Below the pieces are notes generated by a model. That model worked only from the letters and a program-made list of their open reading frames with translations, was not told the origin of the DNA and did not search any database. From assembly GCA_024704765.1 (NCBI GenBank), contig JAKMXF010000110.1, forward strand, positions 124,001 to 188,000: a stretch of 64,000 nucleotides of DNA, written 5' to 3'. This DNA comes from Oopsacas minuta (Eukaryota; Animalia; Porifera). Position numbers and translations under genes: made by a program. Positions 23,301 to 32,491 of this stretch are shown one piece after another (positions within the stretch are counted from its first letter, which is position 1; each line of letters opens with the position of its first letter).

Positions 23301-25321
23301 TTAAACAAGGGATTGTTTTGATAAACTTCTAATAATCCAGGTTGCGAAAAGTACAGGGCCTCTCTGATCTCTTCACATTGATAATCGCCATTATACGAAG
23401 TTAATTCGAATCCAACAGCACACATACATGTGTAATCACTCGGGTAAGATGGTAGGCAAATGTGAGGACATACCAATTGATCACTACCGTATCTACAAGG
23501 AGATGTCCTATCTAAGTCATCATTTACAGTTGTGATAGCAAGTATTCTGCTTGTGTACTGAAATAGCAGAGAATCACCAGTAAATACACTCATTAAACTG
23601 TCAGTTTTTAAGCTCAAGATTTCACCTTCTCTAAAAGATATGCTAGAAATGTTTTCCATATGGATAGTATAGTCTGAAAAGAGTACTCGCCTTTGTAAAT
23701 CGAACCTCTGTACTCCATTAGAATCAGACCAATACAGGAACTTTCCAGTAGGATCTAATGCAAGCGAGACAGGTAACCCTACGTCCTCTCCAACGAGAAT
23801 CTGTGGGTCAGTTTTAGCGTCCATCGGCGCAGACATTATGCTATACAAACCATCTCTATCCTCTATCCAATACAAATTACTGTTCTCTAAATTTGTTACG
23901 AGATTACTGGGAGCTCCTATTATGACGTCACTACCAAACAATACTCTACGATAATATCCGTTAGTACGACTCACTTCTATTCTCTTCAATATTCTATCAC
24001 ACCAGAATAACGTATCACTCAGTCTATCTACTGCTAGTCCGCTAACCTGACCTAACAGATCTTGCACTATTATATCAGTATGTCCTGTAATAGTATTACT
24101 AGTTCTAATCAAAGAATATGGAATACCATTAGTGTTAAAATTCTCACTCCAGTATATCCAGTTATCTGCAGCTGTTAGCTCTTGGATATTAGAAGGGAGA
24201 TATCCTGTTAACGGTAATAAGCTGGAACTAACATACTCACCATCATTACGTAGTACGTATACTCCAGCATCAGTAGATATCAGAGTAGTCTTGTAGAGAT
24301 CTGTGTTACACTTAGGACTCTGTGTAATCTGCTTATCGCCATTAGGACAATAGCAAGTAGAGTTGCTGTGAGATAGAGGTAAGCATAAGTGTGTACAGCT
24401 ACTGGTTAAACAGGGGTCAGTAGATGGTTGTGTGGTATCAGGGGTTAGCAATAAGTTTTGTATGTCTGTAATATTATCAATTACGTCTAATTCTGTAGTG
24501 TAAGAATTAGTATTAGAGATCACGGCTAGTTTCCCAGTGCTAGATTCAATGTAGAACAACCATTCTCCATCTGGTGTTATAATAAACTCTTTCAATTCTT
24601 CTGTGTTATCCCAAACCTTGTGTTCAGTAGGATTCTCATAGAGCTGATCTAGTGAAGACTTCCACAGACTCGTGTGTGTACTGTTCTTATTAAGTGTATA
24701 CAAATGTGTATGTGAAATACCAGAGTTAATTATCTGTGTATTATAGCGTTTTAACACGTTAGGAGTAGTACTGTTGAATTTGAGTTGATATACTTCGTTC
24801 TGTGTAGTGGTGTATAGCAGTTGGTAGTTATTATAATCGTATGAGATAGAGTTGATCGAATTATCTCCTACCCCGTCACTTGTTAAGATACGCGGGGTTA
24901 GGAAACCTGAACTTGTATTAGAAGCTGATATCTGTAAAGATGATGATGACGTCATAAATAAACTTCTACAATAAGGGTCAATTGCCATTGTATTAATACT
25001 ACTATCACTTGTCTTGATTTTAGTATTATACGAAAATGAATTGCTAATGATTGATTTCTCTATGTAATCGCCTGCTGAATAGTATAGAAATAGAGAACAT
25101 GTAGCTATAGATGTTATCTGTTTATCACTGATAGGATAAGGTAATCTTGATAGAGAGTTGAGGAGAGGGTGAGTATCATTTTCAGACAGTCTGAATGTTG
25201 CTGAGTAGAAATAATTGTTTGTTTGTAGAATGAGGTTGTAATTCTTCGTTAGTCCGTTAGAGTTTTGGAGCAAACTCAATGTTATGAAGATAGAAAATAA
25301 AGTAGCAATTGTTCTGTTCAT
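20357..25321 (-). CDS. LRP5/6: LRP5/6-like LDL-receptor-family protein, single exon, 1654 aa
   Basis: Signal peptide; four beta-propeller + EGF modules with YWTD-like motifs (IYWSE, LFWCD, LYWSD, VYWSN, VYWVN, LFWYD; the first propeller is degenerate); two LDLa repeats (CDGIQDCIDGSDE, CDNISDCIDDSDE); TM helix; cytoplasmic PPPS motif. Confidence 0.85.
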   Translation of the reverse strand: MNRTIATLFSIFITLSLLQNSNGLTKNYNLILQTNNYFYSATFRLSENDTHPLLNSLSRLPYPISDKQITSIATCSLFLYYSAGDYIEKSIISNSFSYNTKIKTSDSSINTMAIDPYCRSLFMTSSSSLQISASNTSSGFLTPRILTSDGVGDNSINSISYDYNNYQLLYTTTQNEVYQLKFNSTTPNVLKRYNTQIINSGISHTHLYTLNKNSTHTSLWKSSLDQLYENPTEHKVWDNTEELKEFIITPDGEWLFYIESSTGKLAVISNTNSYTTELDVIDNITDIQNLLLTPDTTQPSTDPCLTSSCTHLCLPLSHSNSTCYCPNGDKQITQSPKCNTDLYKTTLISTDAGVYVLRNDGEYVSSSLLPLTGYLPSNIQELTAADNWIYWSENFNTNGIPYSLIRTSNTITGHTDIIVQDLLGQVSGLAVDRLSDTLFWCDRILKRIEVSRTNGYYRRVLFGSDVIIGAPSNLVTNLENSNLYWIEDRDGLYSIMSAPMDAKTDPQILVGEDVGLPVSLALDPTGKFLYWSDSNGVQRFDLQRRVLFSDYTIHMENISSISFREGEILSLKTDSLMSVFTGDSLLFQYTSRILAITTVNDDLDRTSPCRYGSDQLVCPHICLPSYPSDYTCMCAVGFELTSYNGDYQCEEIREALYFSQPGLLEVYQNNPLFNFRETSSLDIRIRSEVNATVSAVSSDVREGIVYWSNTHEGVVGRIHREGGDKQTVLEGYNSIQGLSFDALTRNLYWSDNSTGLLGVSTEDGSLQKVLLHSRNSIPFTLATNPRSGEIYYSTSASPHSIMSMYGNTGNVKSLVNVRGSAVALSVNANTNVLYWARNASIENQWLPTVLQCSLPDCTDSSYLLDFSTDIQHIAVSSDKFFSVASFPSSPDTHFLQKHYLPSGQFEKLITLPISKPGALHLSHMSTQPIQHICAVNNGGCSHLCLLGKPNSVGDVQNYVCECPVHMKLSSDQRNCELRKTYLIVLTEFYILALNKHPHVMDEAIPVGTLYNTQYISFDQLDNTVYWVNHVSSNNSVIMSFGLNRGEMFPKTIANVSTVESQLFSFQIDWVGKLAMWTRTDGNSIEFTRLDNTLSGYLFYNTTFQPRALAADPTTSRIFFSDWSSTPSISSINIDGNNSEIIVNSDYVSRPSSLVYSHRHNTLFWYDYDKREIALYNFTTQQVSIIHSLPKISNVTLRELTDMKIAITGDEIVWWEKFTDPIKTRFHYYNIYTRSTSSTDVDRVGSIYDMIGHTIDPEIHHSTHQCIMSGCRGICVNGNDSGQCTCPLYTRFDTVSMSCRPNSCPYVEIACSPGEECSDVIWRCDGIQDCIDGSDEINCTLKCNSDQFQCISNGICISKDNICDNISDCIDDSDESSCINSSSTFLSSTASTVSSTSSIDTKDNILLFYVIIALAVIIIILVCMFPLVTCISLWLMRPYYRRKTYNIPSIRDVENNSNPSSELEVRSFESTCPIIKPIEPPKHLHLRTPSSIIGTCSLNFFPRIQPHLEFQSPLSQDPVYGSGSFDIKTVDLVSNVTDTSLVRDNFDYEKAFDVRVPPPSVVSNYSENLLSVSQQDIPHVIESNSSDLTSHITKSSSQPFFDYAHPNSEISYIISSIDCSPKRTHMFRFPSSVSSHYTLITNSKSQEQFHEVFHH

Positions 25322-25637
25322 AATGTTGAAATAGCTAATTTAATGATAAAGAAGGAATAGTAACGAAGTTAAGATTAGGGACTGAAAATAACTTGTACAG
25401 TATGATAATATTGACCAGTAACGAAATACTTGGAAAGTTATAGGGACCAAATTTTTTATGGAAGAATACAATAGGATGGAAAATAACAATCCTATATCAG
25501 CTCAAAATACGATTAACATATTAGAAATTAGAGTATAGAGCATGTTCTAATGATGTAAGATTGTAAATCTGACAAATACAAACCAATTGAAATTATAGAA
25601 TTATATCAGATCATCCCTAATAATGGAATATTAAATA

Positions 25638-25797
25638 CAGTAGAACTCGGTAAAGACGTACTATTTCTCAAATCCAAAAAAATTATTCATCATTCACTGT
25701 ACAACAATACGTTAATACTTATTCGGATAAGACATATATTCGGTTAGTACTTACTATTTTCATTTCCAGAGGGGTACGTCTTATCCGAGTTCTACTG
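25638..25797. mobile_element. Tc1/mariner-pogo-type MITE, family A, in the LRP / SOD-repeat divergent intergenic region
   Basis: 24-bp TIRs cagtagaactcggtaaagacgtac / gtacgtcttatccgagttctactg (2 mismatches), TA on both sides. Confidence 0.85.
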
Positions 25798-26318
25798 TAC
25801 TTAATTACAAAGATCAAAGAGCTAGCACAATATACAGCTGCATGGTTGATCGCTATTTGCTCAATTTGTGACCAGAAATTTTCCCAATAAACCACAAAAA
25901 TGGTCATCTTAATCTAAGGCAGCTGGCTTATCCTATATGCTTGAATAATGAATAATTCTTATTATTTGCCAGGTTTTCAATGATATTTACTTAGATAATG
26001 TGAATATGAATTAAGTAGATTCCTAGAAAAGTGATATCTTTGTTCGCAGCAGCTAAAGTTAAGAAATGGATAACACAGGTGTATTGTAAAGATGGATTTG
26101 TCAGTAGAATTTACATATAGTAACCATAATAGACCCAGGATTAGTAGTATCATACTCAGAATAGTTTGAATTAGTTGAATATATTGAAAGTTTTCCAAAT
26201 AAGTAATATGTATCGATTTTATGTTAGGTAGATTAGCCATCTATAATCAATACTGATTCTAGTAAAACTATAAATATAGCAAGCAATATGGACACATTAA
26301 TTCCAATTAAGTTTATTA

Positions 26319-28451
26319 ATGTTAATCCTATCATTAACTCTACTATTCGCTGCCTTGTACAGCATCAATGCACAGGGAATAGCACGCTTTGATACTAGAA
26401 GCCTAAACGGGTATATCATATTCACTGAACTCGAGAATGGAAGTTTAGAAATAATGGGAACCTTTGAAAACCTTCCTTTCGATTACAGCCTGCCCTACCA
26501 TGTACATGTATATCCGGTAGATTACCGCTATGACCCAGCTGTTAGATGTGGAGCGCTTTATACAGGAGGACACTACGACCCAACAGGAAGGCTAGCAGCA
26601 GCTGGGGATAGCTATAGAGAAGATTGTATGGCTGATTCATCTGCATGCGAAATAGGAGATTTGAGTGGAATATTTGGTCCAATATCAAATGGTACATTTA
26701 CACACCAATCTTCCGATTTGAGCTTAAATGGACCTTATGGTATCTTATACCGGTCTATTGTTATCCATAGAGTTGATGCTGGAAGTACCCCTAGATACGT
26801 TTGTGCTACTATCGAGCCGATGAACGATCTGGCATCCTCAATAACAGCAAGAGCCGCATTCTATGGGAATATTATCAGTGGGAATATATATTTCTTCCAA
26901 CAAGATGCTGATTCTGTCTCAACGAAGATATTCGTCGATCTCAACACAGTAAACACGGAAAGAGACCTTGAGAACCTAGATTGGAATATCTATAACAGTC
27001 CTCCGGGGGTGAGGAGCAGGAGGGGCGACTGTACTCATGTGGGAGAGTTGTACAACCCTAGAAGGCGAAATGTGGACTCTTGTGACAATAGGGACGCAAG
27101 AACATGCCCTGAATACGCTCTGACAGAGAAGCATGGCGATCTTACTGTAACTAGTGATGGAAACAAGTTCTTCTTCACAGAAGTAAGGGGTATAACTCTG
27201 TCTGGTAGTAATTCCATCATAGGGAGGTCTATAACGATTAGCAGAGGGAATGAAATAATAGCTTGTGCTGCTATTGGAGTAGTGAGTGCAATCAGACTTA
27301 GAGCTGTGCTATCGGATGGATATGTAATTTCAGCTACTCAATACTTTCCATTCAGTTCCTCACGAATTAGTACTACAGGAAGTAGAGGGAATATTAATCG
27401 TCTAGAGTTACAGGAAAGAGGATACATTAATGGGGTATGTGATGGTTCTGCTACTCGCTATAACCCGTTTGTAATTAACGTAGAAAACAGAGGAACAACG
27501 ACACCAGATTCCAATCCTCTTGGTGATCTGCTTGAGCAGATACCTAGTGATGGAGCAACACTTATGACGTCACCAATACCGTTGTCTGGAGTCAACTCAG
27601 CAGCTGATAGGACAGTTTGGTACCAAATAGGGGAAAGAACTGGTTGTACTAGCTTCACATATGATCTCACGGATCGTTCTGACAACGCATTCGTAGTCAG
27701 AGCAAATGCTACATTCGTGGACCGCAGTATTACCTGCATGGTTTTTTTCTCGCAATTAGTCACTGGGGTTTCATACCGACCTACATTCGGGGAGAGACCG
27801 TCAAATCCTAATTTCCAATCAGGTGACGTATTAATAACAGATTTATGCACGAACGATACTGACAGGGAATACAGGTTTATCATGGATCCATCAGGTCAAT
27901 GTGGTGTGGATTACTATAATCCTTATAATGTTAGGAGACAGAGCACTGACAGAGTTTTGTATGATCAAGATTGTGACAGAAGAGAACAACGTAGATGTAC
28001 TGTGGGGAATAATTTGGGACAGACAACCAGTGATTCAATGAGGAGTTATGTGAACACAAATCTGGAGCTAGCTGGATACTATGGTATAGCTTCAGGTGAG
28101 ATAAGAGTACAAGTGGATGGTAGTTATTGCGCGCAGCTGCAAGTTATAGGTGAAACCAGTGCTGTGTACTCAGTTAACAGCTGTGAACAGTTCAATAATA
28201 GACTTGGAAATGCAATAGATACTTGTGCAGGAGTGGAGTCGAATAACTTTCTACCGATTAGTTGTTCAGATGATGACATTAACGAGGTTGATAACACAGT
28301 GACTGTAAATGTGAATACGGTGTTTCCAGAAGGAACAGACACTGAACAAGTAGAAGCATGTATCCTCGCAAGTATCAGCTCGGGGAATAAGCTTGCAGGT
28401 TCAACCTCAATCTTTTTGATGATTGCAATCATTATTCTACTGATTGTATAG
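26319..28451 (+). CDS. Secreted, probably GPI-anchored Cu-only SOD repeat protein (CSRP-like), copy 1
   Basis: Signal peptide. First domain has YHVHVYP, TGGHYDP, CEIGDLSG, RSIVIH, PRYVCATI. Later SOD-like repeats are degenerate (DWNIYNSP, EKHGDL, GRSITIS, IIACAAI). The C-terminus has small residues then a hydrophobic tail. Confidence 0.85.
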   Translation: MLILSLTLLFAALYSINAQGIARFDTRSLNGYIIFTELENGSLEIMGTFENLPFDYSLPYHVHVYPVDYRYDPAVRCGALYTGGHYDPTGRLAAAGDSYREDCMADSSACEIGDLSGIFGPISNGTFTHQSSDLSLNGPYGILYRSIVIHRVDAGSTPRYVCATIEPMNDLASSITARAAFYGNIISGNIYFFQQDADSVSTKIFVDLNTVNTERDLENLDWNIYNSPPGVRSRRGDCTHVGELYNPRRRNVDSCDNRDARTCPEYALTEKHGDLTVTSDGNKFFFTEVRGITLSGSNSIIGRSITISRGNEIIACAAIGVVSAIRLRAVLSDGYVISATQYFPFSSSRISTTGSRGNINRLELQERGYINGVCDGSATRYNPFVINVENRGTTTPDSNPLGDLLEQIPSDGATLMTSPIPLSGVNSAADRTVWYQIGERTGCTSFTYDLTDRSDNAFVVRANATFVDRSITCMVFFSQLVTGVSYRPTFGERPSNPNFQSGDVLITDLCTNDTDREYRFIMDPSGQCGVDYYNPYNVRRQSTDRVLYDQDCDRREQRRCTVGNNLGQTTSDSMRSYVNTNLELAGYYGIASGEIRVQVDGSYCAQLQVIGETSAVYSVNSCEQFNNRLGNAIDTCAGVESNNFLPISCSDDDINEVDNTVTVNVNTVFPEGTDTEQVEACILASISSGNKLAGSTSIFLMIAIIILLIV

Positions 28452-29075
28452 TGTGTTTGTATGTTACTAAATTTAGGTCTGTTGTATTATCCATAGATTA
28501 TACACACTTGGAATTTAGAAAGATAAGTATGTGCTTTAGAACTTGCTATGATTAATTGTTTGTAAATTAATAGTTTTCTGTATTTATATATTGTAAATAG
28601 TATTATAGAAATTGGATAAAGTCTGTAGCGGTGGCATATTTTAAATTTTCCTCAATGAATATACGCCCGGGAAATTACAACGTGGTAGTACTCCGGCCCC
28701 GGATAATTAATGGTTTAGCATCGAGCAGGCTTCACACACACGCCAACCTTCAACTCCCCAAATGTTAAACCAAGGCATCTGCGCATCGCTTAAAAATCCT
28801 CAAAAGGATTTGGATGTGGATTATTGAGTTCTTGGAATGAATGACTTTGTATTCCCTTATTACACATAATATTATAAATATATCCAAACATCATATGACA
28901 GAACATTCTTTGGAAAAATGTGCGTGCTAAGATTAAGCAAGGTCTGGTGATAAATGTTGAAAGTATGTGTACGTATACAACTTGTGGTTTCTTGAGGGTT
29001 TCTTAGCATAAAAAGTAATTAGGTTGTGATGCATATATCATTTGACTAAAGCCTTTGAACAGTCCTCTCAAGAAA

Positions 29076-31229
29076 ATGCTTCAGCACTTCATAACATTCC
29101 TGCTTATTCTGGCATTCCAATCAGCCAACAGTGCTGGACATATAAAAACGGCGTATGCAGACTTTGATGGAAAAGGAGTGCAAGGAAGAATCACGTTTTC
29201 AGATGATGGAGCTTACGTAGAAATAGCAACTAACTTCAATTCACTCCCAGTCAACACAGGATTACCTTATCATGTCCACAACTGGCCTGTTGACTACACG
29301 CTAAACCCTGATGCTAGATGTGGCTCAGATTACGTCGGTGGACACTATGATCCATACGGAAAGTCGGTTGAACATGGGGGGAATTACACGAATGCGTGTG
29401 CAAGCAACACAAGTGAATGTGAAGTTGGAGATTTATCTGGAAAGCATGTATCGTTACTAATCGGTAATTGGGTTGAGAACGATACTTGGGGACTATCCCT
29501 GAGCAATTTTCAAAGTATTGTATTTCGCTCTATCGTTATTCATGATTCAAACGGTGATAGGCTAACCTGTGCAACAATACGACCTGGTGACGCACCAAAT
29601 GAGTTACTCACGGCTAGAGCTAGATTCAATGGTCCGACTATTGGTGGATCTATTCGTTTCTTCCAGCCAAGTAGCACTGCCAGAGATACCTACATATTCT
29701 CAGATTTATTCCTTACTAACTCAGGACCAGAGTTGACAGATAACTCATGGAGTATCCTCACCCAACCTACAGGGACTGATGCCAGATTGGGAATATGTGA
29801 TAATATTGGAGGCACTGAATTTACTACGGTAACAGGAACGGTAACATGCATAGCTAGTGATGCAAGTACCTGCCATGAATACCAGCTGACTGAGAAACAC
29901 GGTCCTCTAACAATAAGGAACCCATCAGATGGAGCTAATAGAAAATCATTCAGTGAGTATGACGGAATAAAACTGTCTGGAGATAACAGTATTATCGGTC
30001 TATCTATCAGAATACAAACTAATGGAGGAGATACATTAGCTTGTGCTACGATTAAATGGGCCAACTTCATACAAGCTACAGCTGATTTCAATGGTTATGC
30101 GATACATGCGATTGAGTATTCTCCTTTCCTACCAACTCATATAAAGTATACTGGAGATCCCAGTAATATTACAAACCAGTTGATAAATACAGAAGGGTAC
30201 TTTACAGAACGTGATTGTGATGGATCATTACATACATATTCACCATTTACTCCATTTGTACCTGTCGTGGAAGTGAACGAGACACAAGATATTAATGCAG
30301 TCGGTAACCTGACTGGCTCACTCACAGATTCGTTGATATGGATTAATACACTACCTCTGTCTGGATATTACTCTACGATTGGTAGAACTGTTTCTATACA
30401 GAGGGACGAGGTGTGGGTGTGTTCAGATTGGCAGGATGATTTCACTCACAGAAGAAATGATGATTCGTACATCTACAGAGCTAGAGCTGTGTATACACCG
30501 GGTTCTTGCTGGGTGTCTTTTACTCAAAGAGTATCTTCTAATTCATACGAACCTGATGACGAGACAGGATTTTACGTGTCAGACTTTGATACGGGAGAGG
30601 TGACAATATTCGATTACTGTCCTGCAGGTGAATCTACTCGTCAGTACAGAATACAAGCTGGTATTTTGGGACGTCCAGATACCAGCACGTACAATCCTTA
30701 TAGGGTTAAAACATATGGAATGGATACTATTGCATATGGAAATGATTGTGGTAACTACAGAGTTGAAAGATGTGAATTTGGAGATTTGGAGAGACTTGAG
30801 TTACAAAACACATTCTGGGCTGGCACTCACACAAACTTAGAAATGTTGGGAAGGTTCCGAGCTAGTTATCACGTCCTAGAGATGTTTGATACACTTAATG
30901 GCGTTACTATTGAAGATGCATTTATTGAACCAGCTTACTTGTCTGAATTCACTGCATGTACCTCCAGCTGTGATACGGCTGATGGGGACAGCTACACACT
31001 AGAGCAACCACATACGCTAGCATACCTTTCATGTGAGATGGCTACTGACAGTTCAGAATGTGCTATTAATGAATATGAAGTGAATGGAATTGCGACTGGA
31101 TCATCAGATGCTGAAGCAATAGAAAATGCTAATTTCTTTGCTGACCTGTATAATGCTGGATACTGTCTGCAAGCTACTGCCTTATTTGTTATATTATCTC
31201 TAGTTCTACTCTCTTTACTCACGTATTAG
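29076..31229 (+). CDS. Secreted, probably GPI-anchored Cu-only SOD repeat protein (CSRP-like), copy 2; ATG 29076
   Basis: Paralogue of 26319-28451: YHVHNWP, VGGHYDP, CEVGDLSGKH, RSIVIH, DRLTCATI; degenerate later repeats; hydrophobic C-terminal tail. Confidence 0.85.
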   Translation: MLQHFITFLLILAFQSANSAGHIKTAYADFDGKGVQGRITFSDDGAYVEIATNFNSLPVNTGLPYHVHNWPVDYTLNPDARCGSDYVGGHYDPYGKSVEHGGNYTNACASNTSECEVGDLSGKHVSLLIGNWVENDTWGLSLSNFQSIVFRSIVIHDSNGDRLTCATIRPGDAPNELLTARARFNGPTIGGSIRFFQPSSTARDTYIFSDLFLTNSGPELTDNSWSILTQPTGTDARLGICDNIGGTEFTTVTGTVTCIASDASTCHEYQLTEKHGPLTIRNPSDGANRKSFSEYDGIKLSGDNSIIGLSIRIQTNGGDTLACATIKWANFIQATADFNGYAIHAIEYSPFLPTHIKYTGDPSNITNQLINTEGYFTERDCDGSLHTYSPFTPFVPVVEVNETQDINAVGNLTGSLTDSLIWINTLPLSGYYSTIGRTVSIQRDEVWVCSDWQDDFTHRRNDDSYIYRARAVYTPGSCWVSFTQRVSSNSYEPDDETGFYVSDFDTGEVTIFDYCPAGESTRQYRIQAGILGRPDTSTYNPYRVKTYGMDTIAYGNDCGNYRVERCEFGDLERLELQNTFWAGTHTNLEMLGRFRASYHVLEMFDTLNGVTIEDAFIEPAYLSEFTACTSSCDTADGDSYTLEQPHTLAYLSCEMATDSSECAINEYEVNGIATGSSDAEAIENANFFADLYNAGYCLQATALFVILSLVLLSLLTY

Positions 31230-31740
31230 ATGTGTTGAATAACATTATTTATTGATAATTATTCTAGAAAGCTATTTACTTATTATTATTGAATTTACTA
31301 TCAGTTAACTATTAAAATTTCTAATTATTACTCTCTGGGATTAAACTGAAAGATATAAATAGCAAATTTGGCGAAATTATTGAAAATGCTAGTGTAAAGG
31401 AAGATATTGATTTAATCATCGATACGTATGTAATATGGTGCATGTAGTCATGTACCGGTGATACACTATAACCAATTAAACAGCATACGCCTGAATGACA
31501 CCCTGGGTGAAAGTAAACTTACGACAGCAGTAGACCCTCGATTATCTGAACAGCAAGAAATGTTTAGTTTTGAAAATTGTACAAATTTTTGAGCTTATGC
31601 AACTCTAATACTAGTTTTCTGAAAGCTGTCGTGGTGTTAGGCACTTATTGACATGAATATGCAGTAAAATATACTAAACTAGAAAATCCAAATATTCATA
31701 TATCATCCCGCAGAATAATTTCATTTATCTGAACACTATA

Positions 31741-31921
31741 CAATAGAACCTCATTAATACCTACACCAAGGACCGTCGTGATTTGTACTCCTTATCCGGA
31801 GTACGTGTTAACCGGAGTAAATAAATTGAATATCCATTGTACGGATTAAAATTGTGTAAAATTCTGTTCGTCTTAACGGGAAATTCGTATTAAATGTGTT
31901 CGTATTAACGAGGTTTCACTG
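31741..31921. mobile_element. Tc1/mariner-pogo-type MITE, family B
   Basis: caatagaacctcattaatac ... gtattaacgaggtttcactg, TA on both sides; homologous to 17317-17479. Confidence 0.75.
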
Positions 31922-32491
31922 TACTTGAAATTCAAAGACCAAGGCGTTCGGATAATCGAGGATGTACTGATTCAGAATTGCAGAAATATATGAAAGATAT
32001 TTGATACCTGAACGATGTTGAGCTGATATAAGAATAAATGTTAGATTCGACATACGGTGGCTTATTTGCAAATCGTATTTTGTAAGAAATCTCCTTTCTG
32101 ATACTCGAATTATGATATTACGCACACTAATTACCATACAAAACTACACTCTATGTCCGTGGAAAGACTTGCAATAGGCGGATTTGCTATTAGACGACTT
32201 GCTAAGAATTGCGGTATTCACTGTTTCAGGTATTTATCATATTGATAAAATTAACCATTGGTTTCGATGAATTAATCAGGGCAGGAACCAAGGACCCAGT
32301 CTATCCATATACAATTCACCCAATCTGAACTACAAATAGCAAGAAAGAACAAACGCAATTCAAAATGTCATTAGTTGGATTCAGTGCATAAGTATACCAA
32401 ACAATCTATAGTTAAATAGCACATCAGAGTATATCCTCCTAACTACAACACTGATACAAGGGGATACAAATTTAGTCAAGGAACAAACCAA

